From: Candidatus Omnitrophota bacterium | Lineage (GTDB): Bacteria; Omnitrophota; Gorgyraeia; Tantalellales; Tantalellaceae | DNA: 64,000 nt | Assembly: GCA_007135805.1 (NCBI GenBank) | Contig: SLID01000099.1 | Span: 1,882-65,881 of the forward strand | Reading direction: 5' to 3' | Part shown: positions 19,920 to 27,909 of the stretch, one piece after another | Layout: the number at the start of each line of letters is the position of its first letter | Numbering within the stretch: the first letter of the stretch is position 1 | Translations under genes and position numbers: made by a program | Notes under the pieces: model-generated | Database searches by the model: none | Told to the model about the DNA's origin: nothing | Seen by the model: the letters and a program-made list of their open reading frames with translations, nothing else

Positions 19920-20981
19920 ATGTATAAGATAGCTGTTCTCCCGGGGGACGGGACCGGCCCCGAGGTGGTAAAAGAAGGGCTGAAAGTAATGGAGGCGGCG
20001 TCTCAGAAAGCGGGATTCAGGTATGAGACCGTTACATATGACCTTGGCGGTGAACGTTATATGAAAACGGGAGAAATACTTCCCGAAAGCGTTCTTGAAG
20101 AGCTCAAGACTTTTGACGCGATATATCTGGGCGCTATCGGCCATCCTGACGTGAAGCCGGGTATTCTCGAGAAGGGGCTTCTCCTCGCGCTCAGGTTTGA
20201 ACTCGACCAGTATATCAATCTTCGTCCTGTTAAACTGTATCCCGGTGTGTATACTCCGGTCAAGGACAAGGGGCCTGAGGACATAGATTTCGTGGTAGTG
20301 CGCGAGAACACTGAAGGATTGTATACGGGTACAGGGGGGGCTCTCAAGAAGGGTACGTCCGAGGAAGTGGCCATACAGACATCGGTCAATACCCGTAAAG
20401 GAGTGGAAAGGTGTTTAAGGTACGCCTTTGAGTACACCAAAAGGCGCGGCAAAAGAAATACGCTTACCCTGGTGGGTAAAACTAACGTGCTTACACATGC
20501 TTTTGACTTGTGGGAGAGAGCTTTCAACGAAATAGGCGATGACGAGTTCGGTGAAATAAAAAGGGAATACGCCCATGTTGACGCGACATGCATGTGGATG
20601 GTGAAGAATCCAGAATGGTTCGATGTCATTGTCACGGATAACATGTTCGGGGATATAATAACCGATCTCGGGGCTATGATACAGGGAGGTATGGGCATAG
20701 CCGCGGGAGGCAATATAAATCCCAAAGGTGTTTCTATGTTCGAGCCCATCGGTGGTTCGGCGCCCAAATATACTGGCAAGAATGTGATCAACCCCCTGGC
20801 CGCGATTTGCGCGGCAGGCATGATGTTCGATACGCTCGGCCAGCATGAAGCGGCCGATACAATAGAAAAAGCGGTCATGGCGGTGACCGCCGGCAAACTT
20901 GAAAGCCTTTCCGCCGGTAAAATGGGGTATTCAACCGAAGAGGTCGGGGACCTGGTGGTCGACGCTCTCGGGGGTGTTTAA
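19920..20981 (+). CDS. leuB: 3-isopropylmalate dehydrogenase
   Basis: MYKIAVLPGDGTGPEV start with GGAGG 5 nt upstream. Isocitrate/isopropylmalate DH family. Position after leuCD supports leuB. Confidence 0.85.
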   Translation: MYKIAVLPGDGTGPEVVKEGLKVMEAASQKAGFRYETVTYDLGGERYMKTGEILPESVLEELKTFDAIYLGAIGHPDVKPGILEKGLLLALRFELDQYINLRPVKLYPGVYTPVKDKGPEDIDFVVVRENTEGLYTGTGGALKKGTSEEVAIQTSVNTRKGVERCLRYAFEYTKRRGKRNTLTLVGKTNVLTHAFDLWERAFNEIGDDEFGEIKREYAHVDATCMWMVKNPEWFDVIVTDNMFGDIITDLGAMIQGGMGIAAGGNINPKGVSMFEPIGGSAPKYTGKNVINPLAAICAAGMMFDTLGQHEAADTIEKAVMAVTAGKLESLSAGKMGYSTEEVGDLVVDALGGV

Positions 20982-20993
20982 AGTAAGGAGCTG

Positions 20994-22046
20994 GTGATGA
21001 TAAAGAAGAAGGAAAAATACAATGTCGCGGTGATGGGAGCTACGGGAGCGGTAGGGAACCAGATGCTCTGGATACTTGAGGAAAGAGCTTTTCCCATTGA
21101 CGAGATACGTCTTCTGGCGAGCGAAAGGTCGTCAGGTAAAAAACTTGAATTCGGAGGCAGAGAAATACCCGTACAGGTCCTTTCCAGGGATTCTTTCGAA
21201 GGCATAGATATAGTACTCGCTTCGGCGGGAGGGGCAAGAAGTAAGGAGTTCTTGCCCCATGCTGTGGAGTCCGGAGCTGTGTGCATTGACAATTCAAGCG
21301 CTTTCAGGATGGATCCGGAAGTTCCCCTGGTAGTGCCCGAGGTCAATCCCGCGGCAATAGAACTCAACAAGGGGATCATAGCCAACCCGAACTGTTCGAC
21401 CATACAGATGGTTCTACCGTTAAAGGCGATCGATGATATAAGCAGAATAAAGAGGGTGGTCGTCACTACTTTTCAGTCTGTTTCCGGAGCTGGACAACAG
21501 AATATAATCGAGATGGAAGCCCAGGTCATGCGCCTCAGCAAAAAAGAGTCTCATTACGGTGTGGGTGAGCATACTGTACCCCCAGGGATGGTGAACAAAT
21601 TTGCCCACCAGATCGCTTACAACCTCATACCTCATATTGATGTGTTCACTGACGGCCTGTATACCAATGAAGAGATGAAAATGATCCGGGAGACACATAA
21701 AATAATGGGGCGCGGCGATATAAGGGTAACGTCAACGTGCGTGAGGGTGCCTGTTTATTACGCGCACTCGGAAAGCATCAACGTAGAGACCGAGTCAAAG
21801 ATCTCCCGGGCTGAGGCGATCGAAGCTATGCGGGATTTTCCGGGCATAACCATTGTGGACGACCCCGCCAGCGGCAAGTATCCGATGCCCATAGAGGCCG
21901 AGGGTAAAGACGATGTTTTCGTGGGTAGGGTTCGGGAGGACGCGTCGGTGGAGTGCGGCTTGAACCTGTGGGCCGTGGCGGATAACCTGAGAAAAGGCGC
22001 CGCTCTGAATGCCGTGCAGATAGCGGAACGGCTCATTGGGAAGTAG
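20994..22046 (+). CDS. asd: Aspartate-semialdehyde dehydrogenase
   Basis: 350 aa. VAVMGATGAVG NAD-binding start. Conserved NPNCSTI active-site Cys region. Confidence 0.9.
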   Translation: MMIKKKEKYNVAVMGATGAVGNQMLWILEERAFPIDEIRLLASERSSGKKLEFGGREIPVQVLSRDSFEGIDIVLASAGGARSKEFLPHAVESGAVCIDNSSAFRMDPEVPLVVPEVNPAAIELNKGIIANPNCSTIQMVLPLKAIDDISRIKRVVVTTFQSVSGAGQQNIIEMEAQVMRLSKKESHYGVGEHTVPPGMVNKFAHQIAYNLIPHIDVFTDGLYTNEEMKMIRETHKIMGRGDIRVTSTCVRVPVYYAHSESINVETESKISRAEAIEAMRDFPGITIVDDPASGKYPMPIEAEGKDDVFVGRVREDASVECGLNLWAVADNLRKGAALNAVQIAERLIGK

Positions 22047-22064
22047 CGGTATACATAGCGCGGC

Positions 22065-22799
22065 ATGAGGAACGTAAAACTGACTATCGCTTACGACGGC
22101 ACAGCCTACAAAGGCTGGCAGGTACAGAAAAACGGCCGGACCGTACAGGCCGAGATAGAAAAAGCTATAGCCAGGGTGATAGGATCAAAACACACGGTAC
22201 ACGGCGCGGGACGTACGGACGCGGGAGTTCATGCCATAGCACAGGTCGCTAATTTCAAAGCCCCCATAAACTTTGATGTTGCCAGGATACCCCCCGCCCT
22301 TAATACCGTTCTTCCCGGGGACATAGCCGTAAAAAAAGCGGAAGAAGTTCCGCCGGATTTTCACTCCAGATTCGACGCCAGGGCTAAAGTCTACAGTTAC
22401 AGGATAGTCGTGAGCCGCGCGCGCGATCCCTTTTCCGAAAGATATGTCTGGAGGTTGCCGTACGCCCTTGATGAAAGAATTATGAGAGAAGAGGCCCGTG
22501 TTCTTATTGGGAAACATGATTTCAAGAGTTTTCAGGCCTCGGACAAGAGGGAGCGTTCATCGGTCCGTACGATCAAGAGCATAAGCATCCAGAGGACCGG
22601 AAGCAATATTACCTTAGACATCGAGGGTGACGGATTTCTTTACAACATGGTCCGCAGTATAGCGGGAACCCTGGTGGACATAGGAAGAGGTTATCTTCTT
22701 CCGGGGAGTATGACGGATATACTTGCCTCCCGTGATCGAAAAAAAGCCGGTCCCACTGCCCCCGCCAAGGGTTTATTCCTTGTCAAAGTGAAGTACTGA
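22065..22799 (+). CDS. truA: tRNA pseudouridine(38-40) synthase
   Basis: 244 aa. IAYDGTAYKGWQ start and GAGRTDAGVHA catalytic Asp motif. Confidence 0.9.
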   Translation: MRNVKLTIAYDGTAYKGWQVQKNGRTVQAEIEKAIARVIGSKHTVHGAGRTDAGVHAIAQVANFKAPINFDVARIPPALNTVLPGDIAVKKAEEVPPDFHSRFDARAKVYSYRIVVSRARDPFSERYVWRLPYALDERIMREEARVLIGKHDFKSFQASDKRERSSVRTIKSISIQRTGSNITLDIEGDGFLYNMVRSIAGTLVDIGRGYLLPGSMTDILASRDRKKAGPTAPAKGLFLVKVKY

Positions 22800-22889
22800 A
22801 TATAGACCGCTCCCGGCATGCGGCAATTTCCTTATTTGCCCCGGCAGCGGGAGTCTTTATGTACCTTCTATCTTGCTTTTTATCCCGCT

Positions 22890-23015
22890 TCCGGCGCCTT
22901 ACTGGCGCGGTCATTGTGAAGCTTTCGCGGTGAATGACTGATATTCCCTTTGAGGGACGCTCGGTTTTCCCAGCGCGGAAATCATCGCTGGGCGGACTCC
23001 CTCGCTCTTTCTGCT
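22890..23015. repeat. Dispersed ~125-nt intergenic sequence element, copy A
   Basis: About 80% identical over about 100-125 nt to 42191..42315. Shared blocks CATTGTGAAG(C)TTTCGCG(R)TGAAT ... GATATTCCCTT(Y)GAGGG(R)CGCTCG ... TCCTCGCTCTT. Confidence 0.7.
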
Positions 23016-23022
23016 CGGGACA

Positions 23023-23277
23023 CATCGCGAACCATGCCCGCTCGGCGAACATTTCATTTATACGCGGGAACTTTCAGTCCCGTCATCGCGAACCATGCCC
23101 GCTCGGCGAACATTTCATTTATACGCGGGAACTTTCAGTCCCGTCATCGCGAACCATGGCCGTTCGGCGAACATTTCATTTATCCGCGGTAACTTTCAAT
23201 CCCGTCATCGCGAACCATGGCCGTTCGGCGAACATTTCATTTATCCGCGGTAACTTTCAATCCCGTCATCGCGAACC
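23023..23277. repeat. Tandem direct repeat, 61-bp unit x 4.2 copies
   Basis: Units start at 23023, 23084, 23145 and 23206, with a partial unit at 23267. Units 1-2 are identical and units 3-4 are identical; the two subtypes differ at a few positions. There are no spacers, so it is not a CRISPR array. Confidence 0.95.
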
Positions 23278-23300
23278 CCGCGAAGCGGGGTGAAGCGATC
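23265..23300. repeat. Conserved hairpin motif CGCGAACC-[CCCCGC gaa GCGGGG]-TGAAGCGATC terminating the tandem array
   Basis: 7-bp GC stem (23275-23291) with GAA loop. The same motif, with compensatory stem changes, is at 8645..8677. Confidence 0.8.
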
Positions 23301-23560
23301 TCAGTTTAAAAACATTTAGTTTTTCCGGAAACAATCGATATGCTGAAAGTCGCCTTGTTACAGAGGAAAGTACAAAGCTCCTTAAAGTTATAAGGAGCCT
23401 TCCGTAAACAGTCTCTCTCCGAGATGTTTCAATTTGATGGCATCACTTCGCCGCCCCCTTCGGGGCGCCCTCGTGATCGTGTCGTTTAGATTTACCGCAG
23501 ATGAGTGATGGTTGCTTTCGGCATTCCTCATCAGGCGATAATACTTTTTTAGTCCCTAAT

Positions 23561-23602
23561 TTGACAAGTATAAATACTTGCTGTATACTTGTTGTGTACT
23601 TG
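23561..23602 (+). promoter_or_regulatory. Sigma70-like promoter (TTGACA-17-TATACT) with three TACTTG direct repeats phased at 11 bp
   Basis: -35 at 23561-66 and -10 at 23584-89. TACTTG at 23575, 23586 and 23597, each preceded by TGT(A/G). The repeats overlap the -10 and the start site, as an operator would. Confidence 0.65.
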
Positions 23603-23626
23603 TAAAAGTTTTGTTGAGAGGTTGAT

Positions 23627-23797
23627 ATGGCCAGAAAGAGGGGATTCAAATTCTATTCCACTGTATCGGACCGGGGGCAGATATTTATACCCAAAGTCCT
23701 GCAGGATTATTTTGGTATACGTAAGCGCGATAAGGTGGAGTTTATTGTGAAAGACGACGGGAGCATAGTGTTCGCAAAGAAGGAGGGGAAAGAGTGA
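23627..23797 (+). CDS. AbrB/MazE/SpoVT-family swapped-hairpin DNA-binding protein (56 aa)
   Basis: Not in the ORF track (below 60 aa). MARKRGFKFYSTVSDRGQIFIPKVLQDYFGIRKRDKVEFIVKDDGSIVFAKK fits the SpoVT/AbrB domain pattern (..rGQvtIPk.iR..lgi..GDkvef.v.ddg.ivl.k). GAGAGG RBS 5 nt upstream, consensus promoter upstream. Confidence 0.7.
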   Translation: MARKRGFKFYSTVSDRGQIFIPKVLQDYFGIRKRDKVEFIVKDDGSIVFAKKEGKE

Positions 23798-23973
23798 AGA
23801 AAAAAAACAGGACCCATTCGCACAAGGTGACGATCAATGATCAGCGGCGGGTAAACAAGATGGCCTCGGATCTAGGCAGCAAACCCGTTTCGAAAAAGGT
23901 CGTACACAATGTATTCGAGACATATTACAAGAATCAGGTAAAAGCTCTTTACCGGGCTGTTCTTGGAGAATAA
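23794..23973 (+). CDS. Small basic hypothetical protein (59 aa), translationally coupled to the AbrB-like gene
   Basis: GTG start overlaps the upstream stop (GTGA). Strong SD AAGGAGG lies 7 nt upstream, inside the upstream gene. Product VKKKNRTHSHKVTINDQRRVNKMASDLGSKPVSKKVVHNVFETYYKNQVKALYRAVLGE has no family I recognise. Alternative ATG at 23860. Confidence 0.4.
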   Translation: MKKKNRTHSHKVTINDQRRVNKMASDLGSKPVSKKVVHNVFETYYKNQVKALYRAVLGE

Positions 23974-24106
23974 AGGCTTTTTGTCCGGCCGGGATAGAAA
24001 CAAAGGAACATACTTCCGAGGGGGCCAACTTTTACAGTTTGCTGGATAGCGTCGTGTCTTCTGAAAGAAAGTCCTGGAATTCTCTTGACTCCTTGTTAAA
24101 ATGCCC

Positions 24107-24133
24107 TTGACAAGCAAAGCCGAATGTGATAAT
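24107..24133 (+). promoter_or_regulatory. Sigma70-like promoter with extended -10 (TTGACA ... TGtGATAAT) for rplM-rpsI
   Basis: TTGACA at 24107-12. TGnGATAAT at 24125-33 (15-17 bp spacing depending on the hexamer chosen). About 75-nt leader before rplM. Confidence 0.55.
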
Positions 24134-24209
24134 TTTAGCATTCTATTCAGGCGGTGAGCGTGTTCACGCAGCACCGAGGGTTTATTATGTCCAATAAAAG
24201 ATTTAATGA

Positions 24210-24668
24210 ATGAAGGCAATTATGAAAACAAAAATGGTGAAACATAAAGAGACTTCTCATGAATGGTTTGTGATGGATGTCGAAGGACAGGTATTAGGTA
24301 GGGCAGCCAGCGAGATCGCGACGCTTTTGAGCGGAAAGTACCGACCCGATTTCACTCCGAATGTGGATAATGGAGCGGGGGTGATTGTGCTTAACTGCGG
24401 AAAGGTTAGGATAACTGGAAAGAAAGCTGAACAAAAATTTTACAAGAGGTTTTCGGGATATCCGGGTGGACAGAAAGTCACAAGGTACGACAAGATGATG
24501 GAAAAGGATCCCACTTATGCTCTAAGGCACGCGGTCAGAGGTATGCTGCCCAAGAACAAGCTGGCTACGCTTATGCTGCGGAGACTCAAGCTATACGTTG
24601 GGACAGAACACCCCCACGAGGCCCAGAAACCCGTGGAGAGGAAAATACAAGACGGAGATGAAAGATGA
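24210..24668 (+). CDS. rplM: 50S ribosomal protein L13
   Basis: [36 protein letters not shown] and [19 protein letters not shown] match L13. The start may be the ATG at 24222. Confidence 0.9.
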   Translation: MKAIMKTKMVKHKETSHEWFVMDVEGQVLGRAASEIATLLSGKYRPDFTPNVDNGAGVIVLNCGKVRITGKKAEQKFYKRFSGYPGGQKVTRYDKMMEKDPTYALRHAVRGMLPKNKLATLMLRRLKLYVGTEHPHEAQKPVERKIQDGDER

Positions 24669-25060
24669 GCGAGAAAACAGTAAAAATAGTTATCGGACGG
24701 CGCAAGGAATCAGTAGCGAGGGTGCGTCTGGTAGAGGGTAACGGTAAGGTTCGGGTAAACAAAAGGCTCTTTGAGGATTATTTCCCGAGAGAAACCCACA
24801 GGATAGTTGTGATGCAGCCAATGGAAGCTACGGGGACAGTCGGTAAATACGACGTTCTGGCTACCGTTTCCGGTGGGGGAATAAGCGGACAGGCCGGAGC
24901 GCTGAAGCACGGCATAGCCAGAGCGCTTCTTGAAGTGGACAGTTCAGCCCGGACAGCCCTGAGGAACGGAGGCTTCCTTACACGGGATCCCAGGGCCAAG
25001 GAACGGAAGAAATACGGCCAGAAACGCGCCCGCAAAAAATTCCAGTTCTCAAAAAGATAA
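24665..25060 (+). CDS. rpsI: 30S ribosomal protein S9
   Basis: 131 aa. [24 protein letters not shown] and C-terminal [25 protein letters not shown]. Confidence 0.95.
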   Translation: MSEKTVKIVIGRRKESVARVRLVEGNGKVRVNKRLFEDYFPRETHRIVVMQPMEATGTVGKYDVLATVSGGGISGQAGALKHGIARALLEVDSSARTALRNGGFLTRDPRAKERKKYGQKRARKKFQFSKR

Positions 25061-25080
25061 GTTTTCAGCGTATACCCGCA

Positions 25081-25111
25081 AAAGCCACGCTCATAGAGCG
25101 TGGCTTTTTTT
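25081..25111 (+). terminator. Rho-independent terminator after rpsI
   Basis: AAAGCCACGC-tcataga-GCGTGGCTTT stem (10 bp) followed by a T7 run. Confidence 0.85.
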
Positions 25112-25405
25112 GTAGATATTATTTGAAATCCCCATCTTGAACCCAAGATCCCAGATAGAAACATCAGAAATCCCAGAGGAATATACGCCATTGCCGTCAA
25201 TAGGCCTGTTCTTCGGCCGCGTTTTCAGGCCATAATTAAAAGGCGCGACGCGAATTTGTACCAGTCGCTCATATGTTATTTTGAATGGCGCTCCGTGACA
25301 GTCTCATATTGTTTATTTGATAGGGGCGGTCATCCAGGGATGGGGAGAGGTTATTTTCAACAGCGAGCGCTGGGAAGATCTTACGGGATGTATCAGGGGT
25401 TTTTC

Positions 25406-25434
25406 TTGACACTCACATATATTTATCTTATACT
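25406..25434 (+). promoter_or_regulatory. Sigma70-like promoter (TTGACA-17-TATACT) for the arg operon, giving a ~180-nt 5' UTR
   Basis: -35 at 25406-11, -10 at 25429-34. A hairpin CCGGGAATAT-ggaagaa-ATATTCCGG at 25551-25580 lies within the UTR, before argC ATG 25625. Confidence 0.6.
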
Positions 25435-25624
25435 CGGGGTTTTAGCTTAAGGTCTGTGCCTCATGTCGCAATAGTGCGCTCAATGACGAGGTGAGGGGCG
25501 GGCGGCGGTCAATAAAGGGTATGGGGCTTTAAGGGTGGATTTTTGTCCCAAAGCCGGGAATATGGAAGAAATATTCCGGTAAAGAGTCAGTTATCATATA
25601 AACTCTCATAGGAAGGACTTTATT

Positions 25625-26638
25625 ATGATCAAAGTAGCCGTAGTCGGCGCGACGGGGTATACGGGCGAGGAACTTGTCGAGGTGCTTAATAAGAACCCGG
25701 AGGTTGAGATAACCTCGCTTTCGGCAATCGTTGACAGGGAAAGGCCTTTCGGGGAGATGTTCCCGCGTTTTGGGAAAAAAATATCGCTGCCCTGTGAGAA
25801 ACTCGATGTTGATAAGGTCGCCTCAGCATGTGATATAGTGTTCCTGGCGCTTCCTCATACGGTCTCCATGAAATTCGCGCCTGTTTTCCTCTCCAAAGGA
25901 AAAAAGGTAGTGGATCTTAGCGCTGATTACCGCCTTCCCCAAGATGTATATGAGAAATGGTACGGCTTAGAGCATTCCGACGCGGCCGGCATCAAGGAAG
26001 CTGTTTACGGACTGCCTGAACTTAACAGGTCCCGCTTAAGGGACGCGCGGCTTGTAGCCAACCCGGGATGTTATCCCACAAGTGTCATCCTGGCGCTGAT
26101 GCCGTTAGCCCGGGACATAGCTGAGAAGGGACCGGATGTAGTGGTAGACTCAAAAAGCGGGGCTACGGGAGCGGGGCGTAAGGCGGCGATACCTCTTGCC
26201 TTCGGAGAGGTTGACAGCAATATGAAATGTTATAAGGCCAACGCGCATCAGCATATGCCCGAAATGGAACACATACTTTCGGTGTCTTCGGGTAAAGATT
26301 TCAGGTTAAATTTTACGCCGCATCTTGTTCCAATGCGCAGGGGGATACTCTCGACCATTTATGTAAAACACGCGTCTCTTCCACGAGAAGAGGAGATATA
26401 CAGTATGTATCTGGAAAAATACGATAGCGAGCCTTTTGTCCGGGTAAGGCCTCCGGGAGAAATCCCCGAGCTAAAAGACGTAGCGGGAACCAATTTTTGC
26501 GACATCGGGTTCACGGTCGCATCCGGGATGCTGGTGGTAGTGTCTGTTATCGATAATCTCTTGAAAGGGGCCAGCGGACAGGCCGCGCAGAATATGAACA
26601 TAATGTGTGGATTTGACGAAAGACAGGGGTTATTGTGA
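25625..26638 (+). CDS. argC: N-acetyl-gamma-glutamyl-phosphate reductase
   Basis: 337 aa. VAVVGATGYTGEEL start and NPGCYPTS active-site Cys motif. Confidence 0.9.
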   Translation: MIKVAVVGATGYTGEELVEVLNKNPEVEITSLSAIVDRERPFGEMFPRFGKKISLPCEKLDVDKVASACDIVFLALPHTVSMKFAPVFLSKGKKVVDLSADYRLPQDVYEKWYGLEHSDAAGIKEAVYGLPELNRSRLRDARLVANPGCYPTSVILALMPLARDIAEKGPDVVVDSKSGATGAGRKAAIPLAFGEVDSNMKCYKANAHQHMPEMEHILSVSSGKDFRLNFTPHLVPMRRGILSTIYVKHASLPREEEIYSMYLEKYDSEPFVRVRPPGEIPELKDVAGTNFCDIGFTVASGMLVVVSVIDNLLKGASGQAAQNMNIMCGFDERQGLL

Positions 26639-27840
26639 GAAGATCCGGGGATAAGGGGATAGATGTCCCTATTGGTTTTTCGGCCGGTGGTATGCATTGC
26701 GGGGCCAAGCGGAAAAGAAAGGACCTGTCTTTGATCTTCTCGGTCAAAGGTTGTACATCCGCCGCGCTTTTTACCAGAAACACTGTTAAGGCCGCTCCGC
26801 TGGTGAGGGGTATGGCCCAGATGAAAGCCGGTAACCGTCTCCGGGCTGTTGTGGTCAATAGCGGCAACGCGAATTGCATGACCGGCGAAAGAGGTCTCAA
26901 GGATGCTGAGAAGATGGCCAATGTGACGGCAGAAGCCCTCGGCGTTCCTCCGGGAGAGGTTTTTGTATCTTCTACAGGTATAATAGGCCAGTATATGGAT
27001 ATGGGGCCTATACTGAGCGGGATAAGAACACTTTCCGGGAATATTTCCCCCAACGGGTTTGAGTCCGCGGCCGACGGCATAATGACCACCGATGGTTTCA
27101 GGAAGATGTCCTCGAGAAAGTTCCGTGTGAACGGCCGGGAAATAACCATGACCGGTATAGCCAAGGGGGCCGGCATGATAAAACCCGATATGGCCACCAC
27201 GTTGGTCTTCGTGATAACGGACGCGGCGATAAGCCGCGGGGCTCTGGCTAAAGCTTTATCCCTTTCTACGGAAAGGTCTTTTAATTCCATAACCGTTGAC
27301 GGTGATATGAGTACCAATGATACTGCGCTTATCATGGCCAACGGAATGGCGTGTAACCCGAGGATATCCTTATCCTCCGGGAGTTTTGAAAAATTTACGT
27401 CTGAACTCGGAGCCCTGATGCTGGAATTGGCGGCTATGGTGGTAAGGGATGGCGAGGGGGCCGGCAAATTCATAGAGGTAAGGGTCAAAGGAGCCCGTAA
27501 GGATGCCGAAGCGAAAAAAGCGGCTGAGACCGTGGCTGATTCGCTTCTCGTTAAATGCGCCGCTTCCGGGGAGGACCCCAATTGGGGGAGAATAGCTTCT
27601 TCGGTAGGGGCGAGCGGGGTGAGGTTCGATCCGGGAAAAATGACCATAAAGCTCGACGGAGTGGCTTTTTTCAGGAAAGGAAAACCCGTACTCCGGGCTA
27701 AACGTCTCGAAAGCCCTGTTTTTAAGGGGAAGGACATCCTTATTGAGGTTGACCTGGCTTCGGGTAAAGGTAGTTCCGTGTTTTATTCGTGCGACATAAC
27801 TACAAAATATATTGACCTGAACTCGTTTTACACGACGTAG
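26635..27840 (+). CDS. argJ: Bifunctional glutamate N-acetyltransferase / amino-acid acetyltransferase
   Basis: 401 aa. ArgJ-family pattern with the self-cleavage region KPDMATTLVFV. Start overlaps the argC stop. Confidence 0.85.
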   Translation: MRRSGDKGIDVPIGFSAGGMHCGAKRKRKDLSLIFSVKGCTSAALFTRNTVKAAPLVRGMAQMKAGNRLRAVVVNSGNANCMTGERGLKDAEKMANVTAEALGVPPGEVFVSSTGIIGQYMDMGPILSGIRTLSGNISPNGFESAADGIMTTDGFRKMSSRKFRVNGREITMTGIAKGAGMIKPDMATTLVFVITDAAISRGALAKALSLSTERSFNSITVDGDMSTNDTALIMANGMACNPRISLSSGSFEKFTSELGALMLELAAMVVRDGEGAGKFIEVRVKGARKDAEAKKAAETVADSLLVKCAASGEDPNWGRIASSVGASGVRFDPGKMTIKLDGVAFFRKGKPVLRAKRLESPVFKGKDILIEVDLASGKGSSVFYSCDITTKYIDLNSFYTT

Positions 27841-27909
27841 TGACCGGGTAGATGAGGCCGGGGTAAAACAAGAGTAGACCGGGCAAGAGGGTTTTTCGGA
27901 GGGAATGGT

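Noticed and set aside
23023-23277. Possible CRISPR array
   Set aside because: The 61-bp units abut directly with no unique spacers, and the units are not palindromic. No cas genes are in the window.
22934-23293. Two + strand ORFs (119 aa and 80 aa) running through the 61-bp tandem repeats
   Set aside because: Their protein sequences are simply the repeat translated (HIANHARSANISFIRGNFQSRHREP repeated). There is no RBS, and the frame is only held open by the repeat periodicity.
23443-24219. Minus-strand ORFs 23443..23649, 23834..24028 and 23872..24219
   Set aside because: They overlap the consensus promoters and + strand small genes. There are no RBS or domain signals, so I treat them as spurious.
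25256-25450. 64-aa ORF in the rpsI-argC intergenic region
   Set aside because: No RBS and low-complexity hydrophobic product. It overlaps the predicted arg promoter, so it is more likely non-coding regulatory DNA.
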